DNA of 56,081 nucleotides. Origin: a virus (taxonomy: Duplodnaviria > Caudoviricetes). Shown piece after piece: positions 46,357-56,081 of this stretch. The stretch lies in the IMG/VR virus record IMGVR_UViG_3300008267_000119, positions 1 to 56,081 of that record; one strand, written 5' to 3'. How positions within the stretch are numbered: position 1 is the stretch's first letter; the number at the start of each line of letters is the position of its first letter. The translations under genes were made by a program, and so were the position numbers. The notes under the pieces are model-generated. The model saw only the letters and a list, made by a program, of their open reading frames with translations. It had not been told where the DNA came from and made no database searches.

Positions 46357-47268
46357 TTACCAGGCTGTAATTATTACTAATCCATCACCACCTCGCCCAC
46401 CTGGGCCTCCACTAGCTGTAAGTCCTGCTCCACCTCCACCACCTCCACAGCCGTAGGCACCATTTCCTCCTGGTCCTCCAGTGCCAGCTTCCGAAGCTCC
46501 TCCACCTGCTCCCCCTGTAAAGAACATTGGTTGACTTTTTGTGGTGTTGTCTAATAGACTAGATTGATATCCTCCACTCCCCGCGCCAGCTGTTGTAGCA
46601 TCCTGTGTTGCAAATCCTCCTGATACACTATTTAGGAATCCAGATCCTGATATATTACCTCCCACAAAGGCAGCACTAGTCGATGTATTTCCTCCTGATG
46701 CTCCCCCACATACAAATGTTGTAGGAATAATACTTGCTCCGGGTACTGAAATAGCACTATTAGCCCCTGCTGTTCCGGCCGCTGCTGTAGCAAACCCTAA
46801 TTGATTTAAGATATTCCCAGTCCAAGCAGTTTCTCCGGATCCACCATTTCCTCCTCCAGAACCCGCGACAGCTACTACCGTTCCTGATCTCATTAAAATA
46901 TTTAAAGATGCTGAGTTAGGTTGGACACATACAAATGATGTCATTCCTGATACTCCATTTCCTACGGTAGCACCTCCTATTCCTCCAGCTCCCCCTTGCC
47001 CAACAAGTAAGTAAAGTGTATCTGGAAGTTGTGATGCAGCAAATAGTCCTGTTGAATATCCTGCAGAACCACCACCTCCACCACCTCTCCTTGCAGCAGT
47101 TGCTAAACCTACACTTCCCGCACCACCACCTGCTCCTGCTCCTAAACAAAATATGTTTACAAACTTGCAGTTGTTGGGTTTGTTCCATACCTGGAAGGTT
47201 GAACCACCTTTAGTATAAAATACTTGGCTGTTTGATGCACCATTACTAATATCAAAGAAATCTACCAT
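46357..47268 (-). CDS. glycine-rich virion protein
   Basis: WNKP...LPDTLY...PMFFTGG...GGDGLVII. Confidence 0.75.
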   Translation of the reverse strand: MVDFFDISNGASNSQVFYTKGGSTFQVWNKPNNCKFVNIFCLGAGAGGGAGSVGLATAARRGGGGGGSAGYSTGLFAASQLPDTLYLLVGQGGAGGIGGATVGNGVSGMTSFVCVQPNSASLNILMRSGTVVAVAGSGGGNGGSGETAWTGNILNQLGFATAAAGTAGANSAISVPGASIIPTTFVCGGASGGNTSTSAAFVGGNISGSGFLNSVSGGFATQDATTAGAGSGGYQSSLLDNTTKSQPMFFTGGAGGGASEAGTGGPGGNGAYGCGGGGGGAGLTASGGPGGRGGDGLVIITAW

Positions 47269-47278
47269 ATAACTTTAT

Positions 47279-47698
47279 TTAGTATTTTCCTGCAATAGCT
47301 ATACAATCATATCCTGCAGCTACTGTTGTTCCTACTGTTACATAAATTCTATATCCTGGTGGTAATGCTACGTTTACTGGAATTTCATAGATAGATAGAG
47401 CTGTTGTTTGTGATACAGTAGTAACTGCTAATGATATTTCATCCCATAGTGTGTTATTATCGGCTGTTGCTATATCTGAACCGTTGTTAATCCAAATTCT
47501 AGCTACAGTGGCTATATTAGTTCCTAGTGGTCTAAATCTAAGTTTTTGAAGATAACCACCATTGGTAGCATCTGCTGTAAAAATTAAATAAGAAGTTCCT
47601 GATGTTAAGTCTGTTGTGGTGTTTGCTGTTGCTATTGGAGCAGTATTCCATTGAATATCTCCTACTCTTGTCCAAATTGGGGCTGCGTTTCCTGCCAT
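47279..47698 (-). CDS. putative tail-fibre-associated protein
   Basis: Beta-rich 139-aa ORF inside the fibre cluster. Confidence 0.7.
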   Translation of the reverse strand: MAGNAAPIWTRVGDIQWNTAPIATANTTTDLTSGTSYLIFTADATNGGYLQKLRFRPLGTNIATVARIWINNGSDIATADNNTLWDEISLAVTTVSQTTALSIYEIPVNVALPPGYRIYVTVGTTVAAGYDCIAIAGKY

Positions 47699-47710
47699 TA
47701 TATTTTATTT

Positions 47711-50700
47711 TTAAGTTAAAAAATTCAGTGATTGAAGTGCTGCTACAAGACCTAAGTCTGTAGGAGCTTTATCAGCATGTGAGGCACTTATGGCATATGA
47801 ACTACTTAATGCATATGAAGCACTTGTTGCTGTATTAGCATATGATGCAGAAGTACTTTCTAAACTATATGAACTACTCAAAGCATATGAGCTACTTAAT
47901 GCATATGAAGCGCTTGTACTGTTGAAACTATATGAACTGCTTTCGGCATACGAAGCTGTTACACTATAAGATCCACTTAATGCATATGAGCTACTTAGAG
48001 CATATGAGGCACTTGTAGCGTTATTTGAATAGGATGCTGATGTACTCGAACTAGCATAAGATGCACTTACACTTACTAGACTGAATGAGCTACTTAAGGC
48101 GTAAGATGAACTTAAATTAGTTAACGAATATGAGGCTGAAGTGCTATTATCACTATAACTTGAGGATATAGCATATGAAGCGCTCGTTGCACTATTTGAA
48201 TAAGAAGCAGAAGTACTAGCTTGACTATATGATGAAGATAGTGCATATGAACTACTAATTGAGTTACTACTCCAAGATGAAGTTCCTATTAAATCTCCTA
48301 AAAATGACCCTGTTACTCCTTGTGTTGCGGTTAATGAACCAGTTACTTGAGTAATTGAACCACTGTTGTAGATTGTACCTGGTTGAATGTGATCTGATCC
48401 TTGCCCTACTGCTACAAAATTACTGGTCATTCCAGTTTCATTTCCCAACCCTGAAGTGTTCCTTGGACCTGAAATTAGCATTCCCCCGTCGTAGGTAGAA
48501 CCTGAAGGATTTGAGTAAACCCATTTATTATTTTGTGAGTCCCAGAGCAAAGATCCAGTTGATGAATTACCAAATGATCCAGAATCTATTACTGTGATTC
48601 CTCCAAATCTAGATGAAGGATTATCTGTATTTAAAACTATTATGTTTGTGCCTATAGATACTACAGAAGCTGTTACATATGCAAAGGAGGCTGTCCCTAT
48701 TATTTGTAGGTTTCCATTAATTACTCCTCCAGTTAATGGTAAGTAATTTGGGGCGTAAGAAGCAGTTTCTGAGTACGAACTTGATAGTGCAGTAGCCGCA
48801 TACGATGCACTTACAGCAAATGATGCAGTTTCAGGTACATTCAACGCATAAGATGCGGTAGTAGCATAAGATGCACTTATGGCAAACGATGCAGTTGCAG
48901 GCACGTTTAATGCGTAAGAAGCTGTTAAGGCGTATGATGAGCTCAAACTACTTAGTGAGTAAGAAGCGCTTGTAGAATTATTCGAATAAGATGCTGTAGT
49001 GCTTGAACTGGCATATGATGCGCTTGTACTTGTTAAACTATATGATCCACTTAAAGAATAGGATGAGCTTAAGCTGTTCGCGGAATATGATGCAGTGATT
49101 GAATTGTTACTCCAAGAAGCTGTCCCAAATAAAGATCCAGTTATTCCTTGTGTTATATTTAATGAACCTGTTACTTGTACTAAGGTTCCAGCTGCAAATA
49201 TTAGGTTACTTCTGTTACTAGTTGAAGTTCCATTTCCTACTATGAAAGCTGCATCTATTGAGGACGATCTATTATACTGACCTTGTACGTGTTGATAAGG
49301 TCCTGATGCTACTGTATAGTACCCTTCTGCATGAGAATATTGTCCTGATGCGGATGTAAAATTCCCTTCAGCATGTGACCCAGGTCCTGATGCTACTGTA
49401 TAGTACCCTTCTGCATGAGAATATTGTCCTGATGCGGATGTAAAATTCCCTTCAGCATGTGACCCCTCTCCATTTGCTAATGTTTGGGATCCCTCTGCGT
49501 GTGAGTATACTCCGGATGCCATAGTCTTATACCCTTCAGCATGTGAGTAGTTTGCTAATGTGGTACTTTCTAAACCCTCTGCATGTGAGTTAAATCCTGA
49601 TGATGTTGTGTATAGGCCTTCTGCGTGTGAGAATAATCCTGAGGCTCTTGTGTTACTTCCTTCTGCATGCGAGTAATCTCCTGATGATATTGTGTTACTT
49701 CCTTCTGCATGAGAATACTGTCCTGATGCCGTTGTATACCTACCTTCAGCATGAGAGGAGTATCCTGATGCAGATGTAGCATAGCCCTCGGCGTGTGAAT
49801 AAGCTCCTCCAGCTGCAGTACTAAATCCTTCAGTGTGTGAATAGTTTCCTGTAGATACTGTTGAATGCCCTTCGGCATGTGACCAATCTCCTACTGCTTT
49901 AGTACCTCCCCCTTCTGCATGGGAATACCACCCGGATGCTGATGTAGAGTTTCCTTCGGCATGTGAGATGTATCCAGATGCTATTGTATTAAAACCTTCA
50001 GCGTGTGACCCACCTCCTACGGCTTGGCTACCCCACCCTTCAGTATGGGAGTAATCTCCTATAGCTGAGGTATTGGTCCCTTCAGCATGTGAACCATACC
50101 CTGATGATATTGTATTATTTCCCTCAGCATGAGAAGCTTCTCCTGAGGATATTGAATAATTACCCTCAGCATGAGATCCATCTCCAGAAGCTAGAGTGGA
50201 AAACCCTTCAGCATGTGAACCATACCCTGATGCTGTTGAACCTGAAGCTGTAATGTCATAAGGGTCTTGTGCTCCTTCAGCATGTGAATATGATCCTGAT
50301 GCTGTTGTATAAAATCCCTCCGCATGTGATCCAGTTCCGAATGCAATGCTTCCTGATCCTTGACTTAAAGATCCAGTTATTACTTGATTTCCTATAAAGA
50401 TATTTGAACCAGTAGTTGCAAATGTTCCAGATACTGCTGTAAAAACAGGATCTGTTTCTTGATAATATGAAGCAGTATATGAATAAGAAGAACTATTACT
50501 CTGCAATGCAAATGAAGAACTAGTACTCATAATACTCCAAGAAGAAGTACCGTAGAGAGACCCTGTTATCCCTTCAGTCACTTCTAATGCACCTGATATT
50601 ATCAGTGAACCAGAGTATGGTGATAAGTTTTCAATAGAACCTGATGGTCCTTGGGGTCCTACTGAACCCGAAGGTCCTTGGATACCTTGAGAACCAGATG

Positions 50701-51484
50701 GCCCTACTGAGCCTGACGGTCCTTGTGAACCCGACGGTCCTTGAATACCTTGGATTCCTTGAATACCTTGTGAGCCTGATGGTCCTATTTCTCCTTGAAT
50801 ACCTTGAATACCCTGTGATCCAGAAGGTCCTGTTAATCCTATTGGACCTTGTGAACCCGATGGGCCCTGAGAGCCTGATGCTCCAGTTAATCCAATCGGT
50901 CCTTGTGAGCCTGATGGTCCTATTTCTCCTTGGGGTCCCTGTGAACCAGAAGGTCCTTGGATACCCTGTGAACCTGATGGTCCTGTTAACCCAATGGGTC
51001 CTTGTGATCCAGATGGCCCTGGAATACCTTGAATACCCTGGATTCCTTGTGAACCTGAAGGTCCAATTTCTCCTTGTGGGCCTTGTGAACCAGATGGGCC
51101 TTGAATACCTTGGATTCCTTGAATACCTTGTGAACCTGAAGGTCCAATTTCTCCTTGAGGACCTTGTGACCCAGAAGGTCCTTGAATACCCTGAATACCT
51201 TGTGAACCCGATGGACCAACTAATCCTTGTGGTCCTTGTGATCCGGATGGCCCTTGAATACCTTGTGATCCAGATGGACCAATTAATCCCTGTGGTCCTT
51301 GAGAACCTGACGGACCTGGTACCCCCTGAACACCTTGTGGTCCGGGAGCTGTTACTTCTACTACTTGGGTGGTTAGTTGTACTACATCTACAAAAGTAGG
51401 ATTATTAGGATCAGTTACAGTTATGTAATTAATCTTCTCTTCAATTGAGATAGTATTTGTATTTAAGGATATGTTAACTGACAT
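47711..51484 (-). CDS. long tail fibre with collagen-like, SHAEG and SASYA repeat regions
   Basis: Uninterrupted Gly-X-Y tract (GPSGSQGIQ), 14-aa SHAEG repeats and S-A/S-S-Y-A repeats. Confidence 0.85.
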   Translation of the reverse strand: MSVNISLNTNTISIEEKINYITVTDPNNPTFVDVVQLTTQVVEVTAPGPQGVQGVPGPSGSQGPQGLIGPSGSQGIQGPSGSQGPQGLVGPSGSQGIQGIQGPSGSQGPQGEIGPSGSQGIQGIQGIQGPSGSQGPQGEIGPSGSQGIQGIQGIPGPSGSQGPIGLTGPSGSQGIQGPSGSQGPQGEIGPSGSQGPIGLTGASGSQGPSGSQGPIGLTGPSGSQGIQGIQGEIGPSGSQGIQGIQGIQGPSGSQGPSGSVGPSGSQGIQGPSGSVGPQGPSGSIENLSPYSGSLIISGALEVTEGITGSLYGTSSWSIMSTSSSFALQSNSSSYSYTASYYQETDPVFTAVSGTFATTGSNIFIGNQVITGSLSQGSGSIAFGTGSHAEGFYTTASGSYSHAEGAQDPYDITASGSTASGYGSHAEGFSTLASGDGSHAEGNYSISSGEASHAEGNNTISSGYGSHAEGTNTSAIGDYSHTEGWGSQAVGGGSHAEGFNTIASGYISHAEGNSTSASGWYSHAEGGGTKAVGDWSHAEGHSTVSTGNYSHTEGFSTAAGGAYSHAEGYATSASGYSSHAEGRYTTASGQYSHAEGSNTISSGDYSHAEGSNTRASGLFSHAEGLYTTSSGFNSHAEGLESTTLANYSHAEGYKTMASGVYSHAEGSQTLANGEGSHAEGNFTSASGQYSHAEGYYTVASGPGSHAEGNFTSASGQYSHAEGYYTVASGPYQHVQGQYNRSSSIDAAFIVGNGTSTSNRSNLIFAAGTLVQVTGSLNITQGITGSLFGTASWSNNSITASYSANSLSSSYSLSGSYSLTSTSASYASSSTTASYSNNSTSASYSLSSLSSSYALTASYALNVPATASFAISASYATTASYALNVPETASFAVSASYAATALSSSYSETASYAPNYLPLTGGVINGNLQIIGTASFAYVTASVVSIGTNIIVLNTDNPSSRFGGITVIDSGSFGNSSTGSLLWDSQNNKWVYSNPSGSTYDGGMLISGPRNTSGLGNETGMTSNFVAVGQGSDHIQPGTIYNSGSITQVTGSLTATQGVTGSFLGDLIGTSSWSSNSISSSYALSSSYSQASTSASYSNSATSASYAISSSYSDNSTSASYSLTNLSSSYALSSSFSLVSVSASYASSSTSASYSNNATSASYALSSSYALSGSYSVTASYAESSSYSFNSTSASYALSSSYALSSSYSLESTSASYANTATSASYALSSSYAISASHADKAPTDLGLVAALQSLNFLT
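49298..49465. repeat. exact 84-bp tandem duplication within the fibre gene
   Basis: 49298-49381 is identical to 49382-49465 (two SHAEG units). Confidence 0.85.
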
Positions 51485-51494
51485 ATTGTTATCT

Positions 51495-51881
51495 CTATCG
51501 GGTTACCTCTTTACTTAATGTAATTTGTCCTTCTAATATTCGGGTAACAGTATCACCTGATGATATTTCTAAATCGTATCTTGCAGTTTGAAAATTAAAA
51601 ACCGATGAAGAAGCAGCGGATATATAGATTCCTATCGATCCGCTTGTTGGTGGAGTTGATCCATTACTTCCGCTAAAATTTAATCCAGTTCCATCCGCAG
51701 CTAGTGAGCTAGAAAGTGTAGCATAGGTTACAGGATTATTATCTGCAAAATTAGATCTAATTTGCATTTTGCCAGAATACCCTGTTAAATTAATAGGTAA
51801 ACTATTAGGATCTTTATATTGAATTTCAAAATCTAAGGTAGTTCCTTGCTCTATAGTAAATGAGTATTTTCCAGCTGCCAT
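51495..51881 (-). CDS. putative fibre attachment / BppU-like Ig-fold protein
   Basis: IEQGTT...INLTGYSGKMQIR...YDLEI...RILEGQI. Confidence 0.65.
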   Translation of the reverse strand: MAAGKYSFTIEQGTTLDFEIQYKDPNSLPINLTGYSGKMQIRSNFADNNPVTYATLSSSLAADGTGLNFSGSNGSTPPTSGSIGIYISAASSSVFNFQTARYDLEISSGDTVTRILEGQITLSKEVTR

Positions 51882-51924
51882 ATTTTTATATTATAAATGT
51901 ATTTAATATAAATATGTGGAGTAT

Positions 51925-52131
51925 TTAATTATCTACATTGACCTGTTCTTGATTCTCTATAATTTCATCTTCCTCTACCCACATTGAGTAGTCTCCGTTT
52001 AAAGGAACATAAATTTCTTTAGCTCTTATTTCTGGGTCTTCTGATTTGTTCACTAATTCTTTACCACTATCTGCAGTAATATGTATGTAGTAATCTGGTA
52101 TAGTCTCTATTTTCATATATTTGATTTTCAT
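51925..52131 (-). CDS. hypothetical protein
   Basis: Short ORF in the fibre cluster. Confidence 0.55.
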   Translation of the reverse strand: MKIKYMKIETIPDYYIHITADSGKELVNKSEDPEIRAKEIYVPLNGDYSMWVEEDEIIENQEQVNVDN

Positions 52132-52140
52132 TGCTTACTA

Positions 52141-53613
52141 TTATACAACAGTCCAACCCTTTCCTGTTGCGATTGCTATTTCTCCTGCTGTCAATGCTGC
52201 TCTTCCTGGGTTAGTTGATACGTTTATTGTTTGCGCTCCTGCTGCTGTTCCTAGATTGTTAAATATGGTTACTATATTAGCTTGGCTTAGGGACATACCA
52301 CTGTAGGAATGTCCTCGTGTTGCATTGATAATATTACTTTTACTTAACGTTGTGTTATTAGTTAACCAAGAAGTAAAAACAGTACAAACTGGTAAACTAA
52401 AAGCTGGAAGTTCTCTTAAATTCCAACAGTTTTGAAATGTTTGATTTAGTGTTGTTACGTTTGCAGTATTTAATGCAGGTAGGTATATTAAACTATTACA
52501 ACCATTAAACATACCTGTCATATTAGTAGCTGCAGTAGTATTTAGTAAAGGGATTTCTGTCAAACTATTGCAACTAGAAAACATTGAAGTAAAATTACTT
52601 CCAGAGGCAGTGTTAAGAAGTGGTATGGTTGTTAATGAACGGCAGGTACTAAACATTGTAGTAAAGTTAATTCCTTTACTTGTATCGAATAATGCCACTG
52701 TCTCTAATGCATTGCATTGAAAAAACATACTTGTAAAATCAGTTACGTTTGATGTTCCCATTCCAGTTACGGTTGTCAATGAATTACAATTAGGGAATAA
52801 ACTTGCAGCTGATGTTCCTAAAGTAAGATTTGGTGCAATTTTTAAAGATGCACATCCGTCAAACATAGAAGAAACATTTGTTGAGCTTGACAAATTAAAA
52901 TTAGGAACATTTTCAAGATTATAACACCCAGAAAACATCAAGTTAAAGTTAGTTCCAGCACTTGTATTAAAATTATTTACTTCTACCAGTGCATAGCAAC
53001 TCTGAAACATATTATTAAATGCAACACAATGGCTTGTTTCAGTTGGCTCTATGTAAACTGATCTTAAATTAAATAAATTGGTGCACCAGTTTTGTGGATT
53101 TTGCGTACCCATTTGACGAACTGTTATCTTCTCTAGTCTTGCGTATCTTACATTATTAACTCCACCACTAAATGTAGGTAGTGCACTTGGCGTTCTAATA
53201 TCAAACTCTAGCCATCCTGGTGCATACGATTTAGCCAATGTTGGGTGCTGAACACCAAAACTAACAATGGTTAAATTCTGACCTGCTTGTGGTGTTATTC
53301 TTACTAAAGCTTGTCTAAAACCCTTGCTTGTCAATGTTCCTGATGGTAGTGAAGAAAATGTATGTTGATAGGATGCAACTGCATTTGAAGCATAGTTTGT
53401 AACGGTTCCATCACCCCAATCAACAGTATAATTGCCTTGACATTGTAAAGCAACATAATTTCCACCATCATCATATACAGCCATCAATCCAATAACTTCT
53501 TGAGTACCTGGTGTTGGCATTGCTAACCAGTCTGCAGGTCTTGTCCAGGAGGATGATGAACCTGTAGATGCAGTACTTCCTGATTGAGGTAGTCTAAAAG
53601 TTCCTACTGCCAT
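52141..53613 (-). CDS. DUF285 / BspA-like leucine-rich-repeat protein with PKD-like segment
   Basis: Repeats NTSxxTNFxxMFxxCxxL; YTVDWGDGT. Confidence 0.8.
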   Translation of the reverse strand: MAVGTFRLPQSGSTASTGSSSSWTRPADWLAMPTPGTQEVIGLMAVYDDGGNYVALQCQGNYTVDWGDGTVTNYASNAVASYQHTFSSLPSGTLTSKGFRQALVRITPQAGQNLTIVSFGVQHPTLAKSYAPGWLEFDIRTPSALPTFSGGVNNVRYARLEKITVRQMGTQNPQNWCTNLFNLRSVYIEPTETSHCVAFNNMFQSCYALVEVNNFNTSAGTNFNLMFSGCYNLENVPNFNLSSSTNVSSMFDGCASLKIAPNLTLGTSAASLFPNCNSLTTVTGMGTSNVTDFTSMFFQCNALETVALFDTSKGINFTTMFSTCRSLTTIPLLNTASGSNFTSMFSSCNSLTEIPLLNTTAATNMTGMFNGCNSLIYLPALNTANVTTLNQTFQNCWNLRELPAFSLPVCTVFTSWLTNNTTLSKSNIINATRGHSYSGMSLSQANIVTIFNNLGTAAGAQTINVSTNPGRAALTAGEIAIATGKGWTVV

Positions 53614-54074
53614 TATTTGAAAATATTAAAAGTTACTATTATATCACCTGTTGGTGCGTTTGTTGCATACATGGTTACAGTCTCACTTGCACTTAGAGTT
53701 GAAGGTAAAATATCTGCAGCTCTTACAATTGATATACTTGAAGTTGCAGGTATTACATCTACTATACTTGTAGCTGTTATAATTGCATTAGAGTAAACGT
53801 AGTTGTAGTAGCTACCTGTAAGTGACCAACTTCCTGATGCTAATGTTACTGGTGTTATTTGTGTTACTGTAAGTGCATTAGTTGCATAAGATGCAGTGAG
53901 TGCGTACGAAGCACTAGTTGAGTTCAGTGAATATGAGGAACTTTCTCCGTTTAGTACATAAGAAGCTGTTCCAAATAATGAACCTGTTATTCCTTGAGTG
54001 ACTATTAATGATCCTGTGACGTTTGAACTTCCTTCTGAGAAGAATCCGTTCTTAATTATAAATTCGTTTGGCAT
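53613..54074 (-). CDS. short tail-fibre-like protein
   Basis: MPNEFIIKNG; GITGSLFGTAS and SASYA motifs shared with the long fibres. Confidence 0.7.
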   Translation of the reverse strand: MPNEFIIKNGFFSEGSSNVTGSLIVTQGITGSLFGTASYVLNGESSSYSLNSTSASYALTASYATNALTVTQITPVTLASGSWSLTGSYYNYVYSNAIITATSIVDVIPATSSISIVRAADILPSTLSASETVTMYATNAPTGDIIVTFNIFK

Positions 54075-54121
54075 ATCTGTTCCCTATCCGAGATAATGTT
54101 TATGTTGTATTAATAAATATA

Positions 54122-54838
54122 CTATAATTGGTATCTTGATCTTGTTGCGTTATAGTGTTGTAGGATTTCTTCAGCTGATAGTACTCTGGTGTATATTGCA
54201 GTTTGTGCTATTCTTCCTGTGTATGGGTCGCTATCAACACCACCAACGTTTCTAAATCCTAAATGAAACTGTGGATGGGTGTATGTTATAGTTCCTGAGC
54301 TTAGTAACGTTGCTAAATACGAAGGCACTTCAACTCCATTTAGATATAAAAGTAGATTTGTACCACCATTAACACATACGGCACTTATAAACGCCCATTG
54401 ATTTAATGTAAGTAGATTATTAGCCGAAATCCTATAAGCTTGGTCAGCACCTATAGATATAAAAAATCCGTTAGTTCCACCACCACCAGCAACACTAAAA
54501 AGCCAGCCATTTCTAGACGAGTAGTTCATAGAATTTGCCACTACAGTTCTTCTAGTTCCTCCTAAAATTGTAGGAAATATCCAAGCCGATACTGTAAAAT
54601 TCTGTCCAGTATTTATGCTTGAGGTTAGAGAGACTCTATCGTCAATCCCATCAAAGACAATACTTCCATTATTATTTGAATTAAAAGTTGGTCCATTTAC
54701 CAATGTTAGATTATTTCCACCACTAGATAAATCATTCCAAGTAGTTGAACCACTGATGTATGATTTTGGGTTAGCTATGTCTGAATAGAATGCTAATTGA
54801 TTTGTGACTATATTTCCACCACCTTCTACGGTACTCAT
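54122..54838 (-). CDS. LamG / ConA-like lectin domain protein
   Basis: IVFDGIDD, LYLNG, IYTRVLSAEEILQHYNA. Confidence 0.85.
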   Translation of the reverse strand: MSTVEGGGNIVTNQLAFYSDIANPKSYISGSTTWNDLSSGGNNLTLVNGPTFNSNNNGSIVFDGIDDRVSLTSSINTGQNFTVSAWIFPTILGGTRRTVVANSMNYSSRNGWLFSVAGGGGTNGFFISIGADQAYRISANNLLTLNQWAFISAVCVNGGTNLLLYLNGVEVPSYLATLLSSGTITYTHPQFHLGFRNVGGVDSDPYTGRIAQTAIYTRVLSAEEILQHYNATRSRYQL

Positions 54839-55104
54839 ATCATTTCCTCATTTGATGACCATTCAGGTTGAGATAAAATTACCAATATTTCTGTATAGGT
54901 ATATGGTCCTTCTTTAGTTGTTAAACTATCAACTGATGTTGGTATTATTTCACCATCCCATTTAACAAATGTTTTGGTTTGGTCTATTGATTTTCTTACT
55001 GTATCTTGTGATGTTTCTAATACTTGAGTAAAATCAATATTAGGTAATTCTGATACATTGAATATCATAAAGTTTCTTGTTTCGTAAATTGTAATTTCTT
55101 CCAT
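54835..55104 (-). CDS. hypothetical protein
   Basis: IDFTQVLETS...TVRKS...FVKW. Confidence 0.75.
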   Translation of the reverse strand: MEEITIYETRNFMIFNVSELPNIDFTQVLETSQDTVRKSIDQTKTFVKWDGEIIPTSVDSLTTKEGPYTYTEILVILSQPEWSSNEEMI

Positions 55105-55820
55105 TATAAAAATCTTGATTTTAATGCGTTATAATTTTGTAATACTTCAGTACTCGTTAATGCTTTATTATAAACTTTTATAGAATATAAACTACCAACT
55201 ATTGGTCTATATGTGCTATCCCTAAAATCACCAAAAGAAGTTGTTGTTGATAATGGTTGTATTATACTAACCTTTAAAGTTGATACTTTTTCAACACCAT
55301 TAACATAAGCTTTTTGAGTACTACCATCCCAAGTTAAAACAATTTGATAAACAGTGTTACTATCAGCTATAATACCAGTACCCATATTTGCAAACACGCC
55401 ATCAAATACCGCAAATATTTCGTTAGTTTGTAATGTAGAACCAGCATATCCAATACACATATAAGAACCAGCTACACTAGTTGGGGGTGTGAGATTGCCA
55501 TTATTATGTAATATATAACCAAAACCACCATTAGCAGTTGGTGACGGTATTGCCTTAACCCAAACTTCATATGTTTGATTTGATGTTGAGGTAATTGGTG
55601 TTGTAAATACCCCTCTATCATCAATACCATCAAAAACAATTCCACCTCCATTATTAGAACTAAATGTTGGATTATTTATTAATGTTCCATTTACATTTTC
55701 GCCATTAATGTTATTCCAAACACTACCAACTCTATTATAGGAATCTAATTTACCAGCATCTAAATCTAAAACTAAACCATCTTTAACTATACCCCCTAAA
55801 TATGATATTCTTCCAGCCAT
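55104..55820 (-). CDS. LamG / ConA-like lectin domain protein
   Basis: GLVLDLDAG, IVFDGIDD, AYVNG, VYNKALTSTEVLQNYNA. Confidence 0.85.
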   Translation of the reverse strand: MAGRISYLGGIVKDGLVLDLDAGKLDSYNRVGSVWNNINGENVNGTLINNPTFSSNNGGGIVFDGIDDRGVFTTPITSTSNQTYEVWVKAIPSPTANGGFGYILHNNGNLTPPTSVAGSYMCIGYAGSTLQTNEIFAVFDGVFANMGTGIIADSNTVYQIVLTWDGSTQKAYVNGVEKVSTLKVSIIQPLSTTTSFGDFRDSTYRPIVGSLYSIKVYNKALTSTEVLQNYNALKSRFL

Positions 55821-56080
55821 TATATAAATCTCGATTTTGTTGCGTTATAGTTTTGTAGGACTTCAGTCGCACTTAATTCTCTACTATATGTTTTCACCAT
55901 AGCAATTTCACCTAAATACCAAAAAGTATTATTATATCTTTGACCTAATCTCCAACGACCTACCCAGCTTCCAATACTAATTGTTTCATCATATGTATTG
56001 GTTAGTAAACCATTAACATAAATTTTGATATTCAAATTATTAATAGAAACCGTTACCATAGACCAAACACCAATAGGAAC
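55820..56080 (-). CDS. LamG-like protein, C-terminal part (truncated by the window edge)
   Basis: IYVNG...YSRELSATEVLQNYNATKSRF. Confidence 0.8.
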   Translation of the reverse strand, partial: VPIGVWSMVTVSINNLNIKIYVNGLLTNTYDETISIGSWVGRWRLGQRYNNTFWYLGEIAMVKTYSRELSATEVLQNYNATKSRFI

Positions 56081-56081
56081 A

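Noticed and set aside
374-52306. All plus-strand ORFs in the track, and off-frame minus ORFs at 44114, 46916, 49570 and 50986
   Set aside because: They are shadows of longer minus-strand genes, repeat tracts or RNA elements, and have no recognisable motifs.
6390-54120. T4-type TATAAATA late promoters on the plus strand
   Set aside because: They would point away from every gene; the position relative to start codons fits the minus-strand reading ATATTTAT.
1-56081. Stop-codon reassignment
   Set aside because: Conserved genes are full length in the standard code, TAG and TGA end genes normally, and no suppressor tRNA is seen.
54122-56081. Diversity-generating retroelement acting on the LamG or fibre genes
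   Set aside because: No reverse transcriptase and no template/variable repeat pair differing at adenines is visible in the window.

Overview
This window is a 56-kb, AT-rich, almost entirely minus-strand segment of a large contractile-tailed dsDNA phage. The host is most likely Bacteroidota (Flavobacterium-like), judged from TTG-N19/20-TAnnTTTA promoters, SD-less starts, a T9SS cargo gene and lipoproteins. In transcription order (right to left) it holds: tail fibre/adhesin genes, tail sheath, tube, chaperones, tape measure and baseplate; a replication block (compact PolA, SSB, UvsX/RecA, 5'-3' exonuclease, helicase, NrdB/NrdA); two free-standing HNH endonucleases; a lysis cassette containing a PAS-PAS membrane sensor; and 7-deazaguanine genes (TGT/DpdA-like and QueC, the latter preceded by a small pseudoknot). 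These are followed by an RNA-rich island of about 2.9 kb and a string of small accessory genes. The most striking unexplained feature is in the RNA island: four tandem tRNA-Leu-like scaffolds with near-identical acceptor, D and T arms, each carrying a different 48-78 nt structured insert in place of the anticodon and variable arms. They are interleaved with structured spacers that share a GGAAAGAC hairpin and lie downstream of a candidate large ncRNA of about 900 nt. All calls come from reading the sequence by eye; no searches or folding programs were run.
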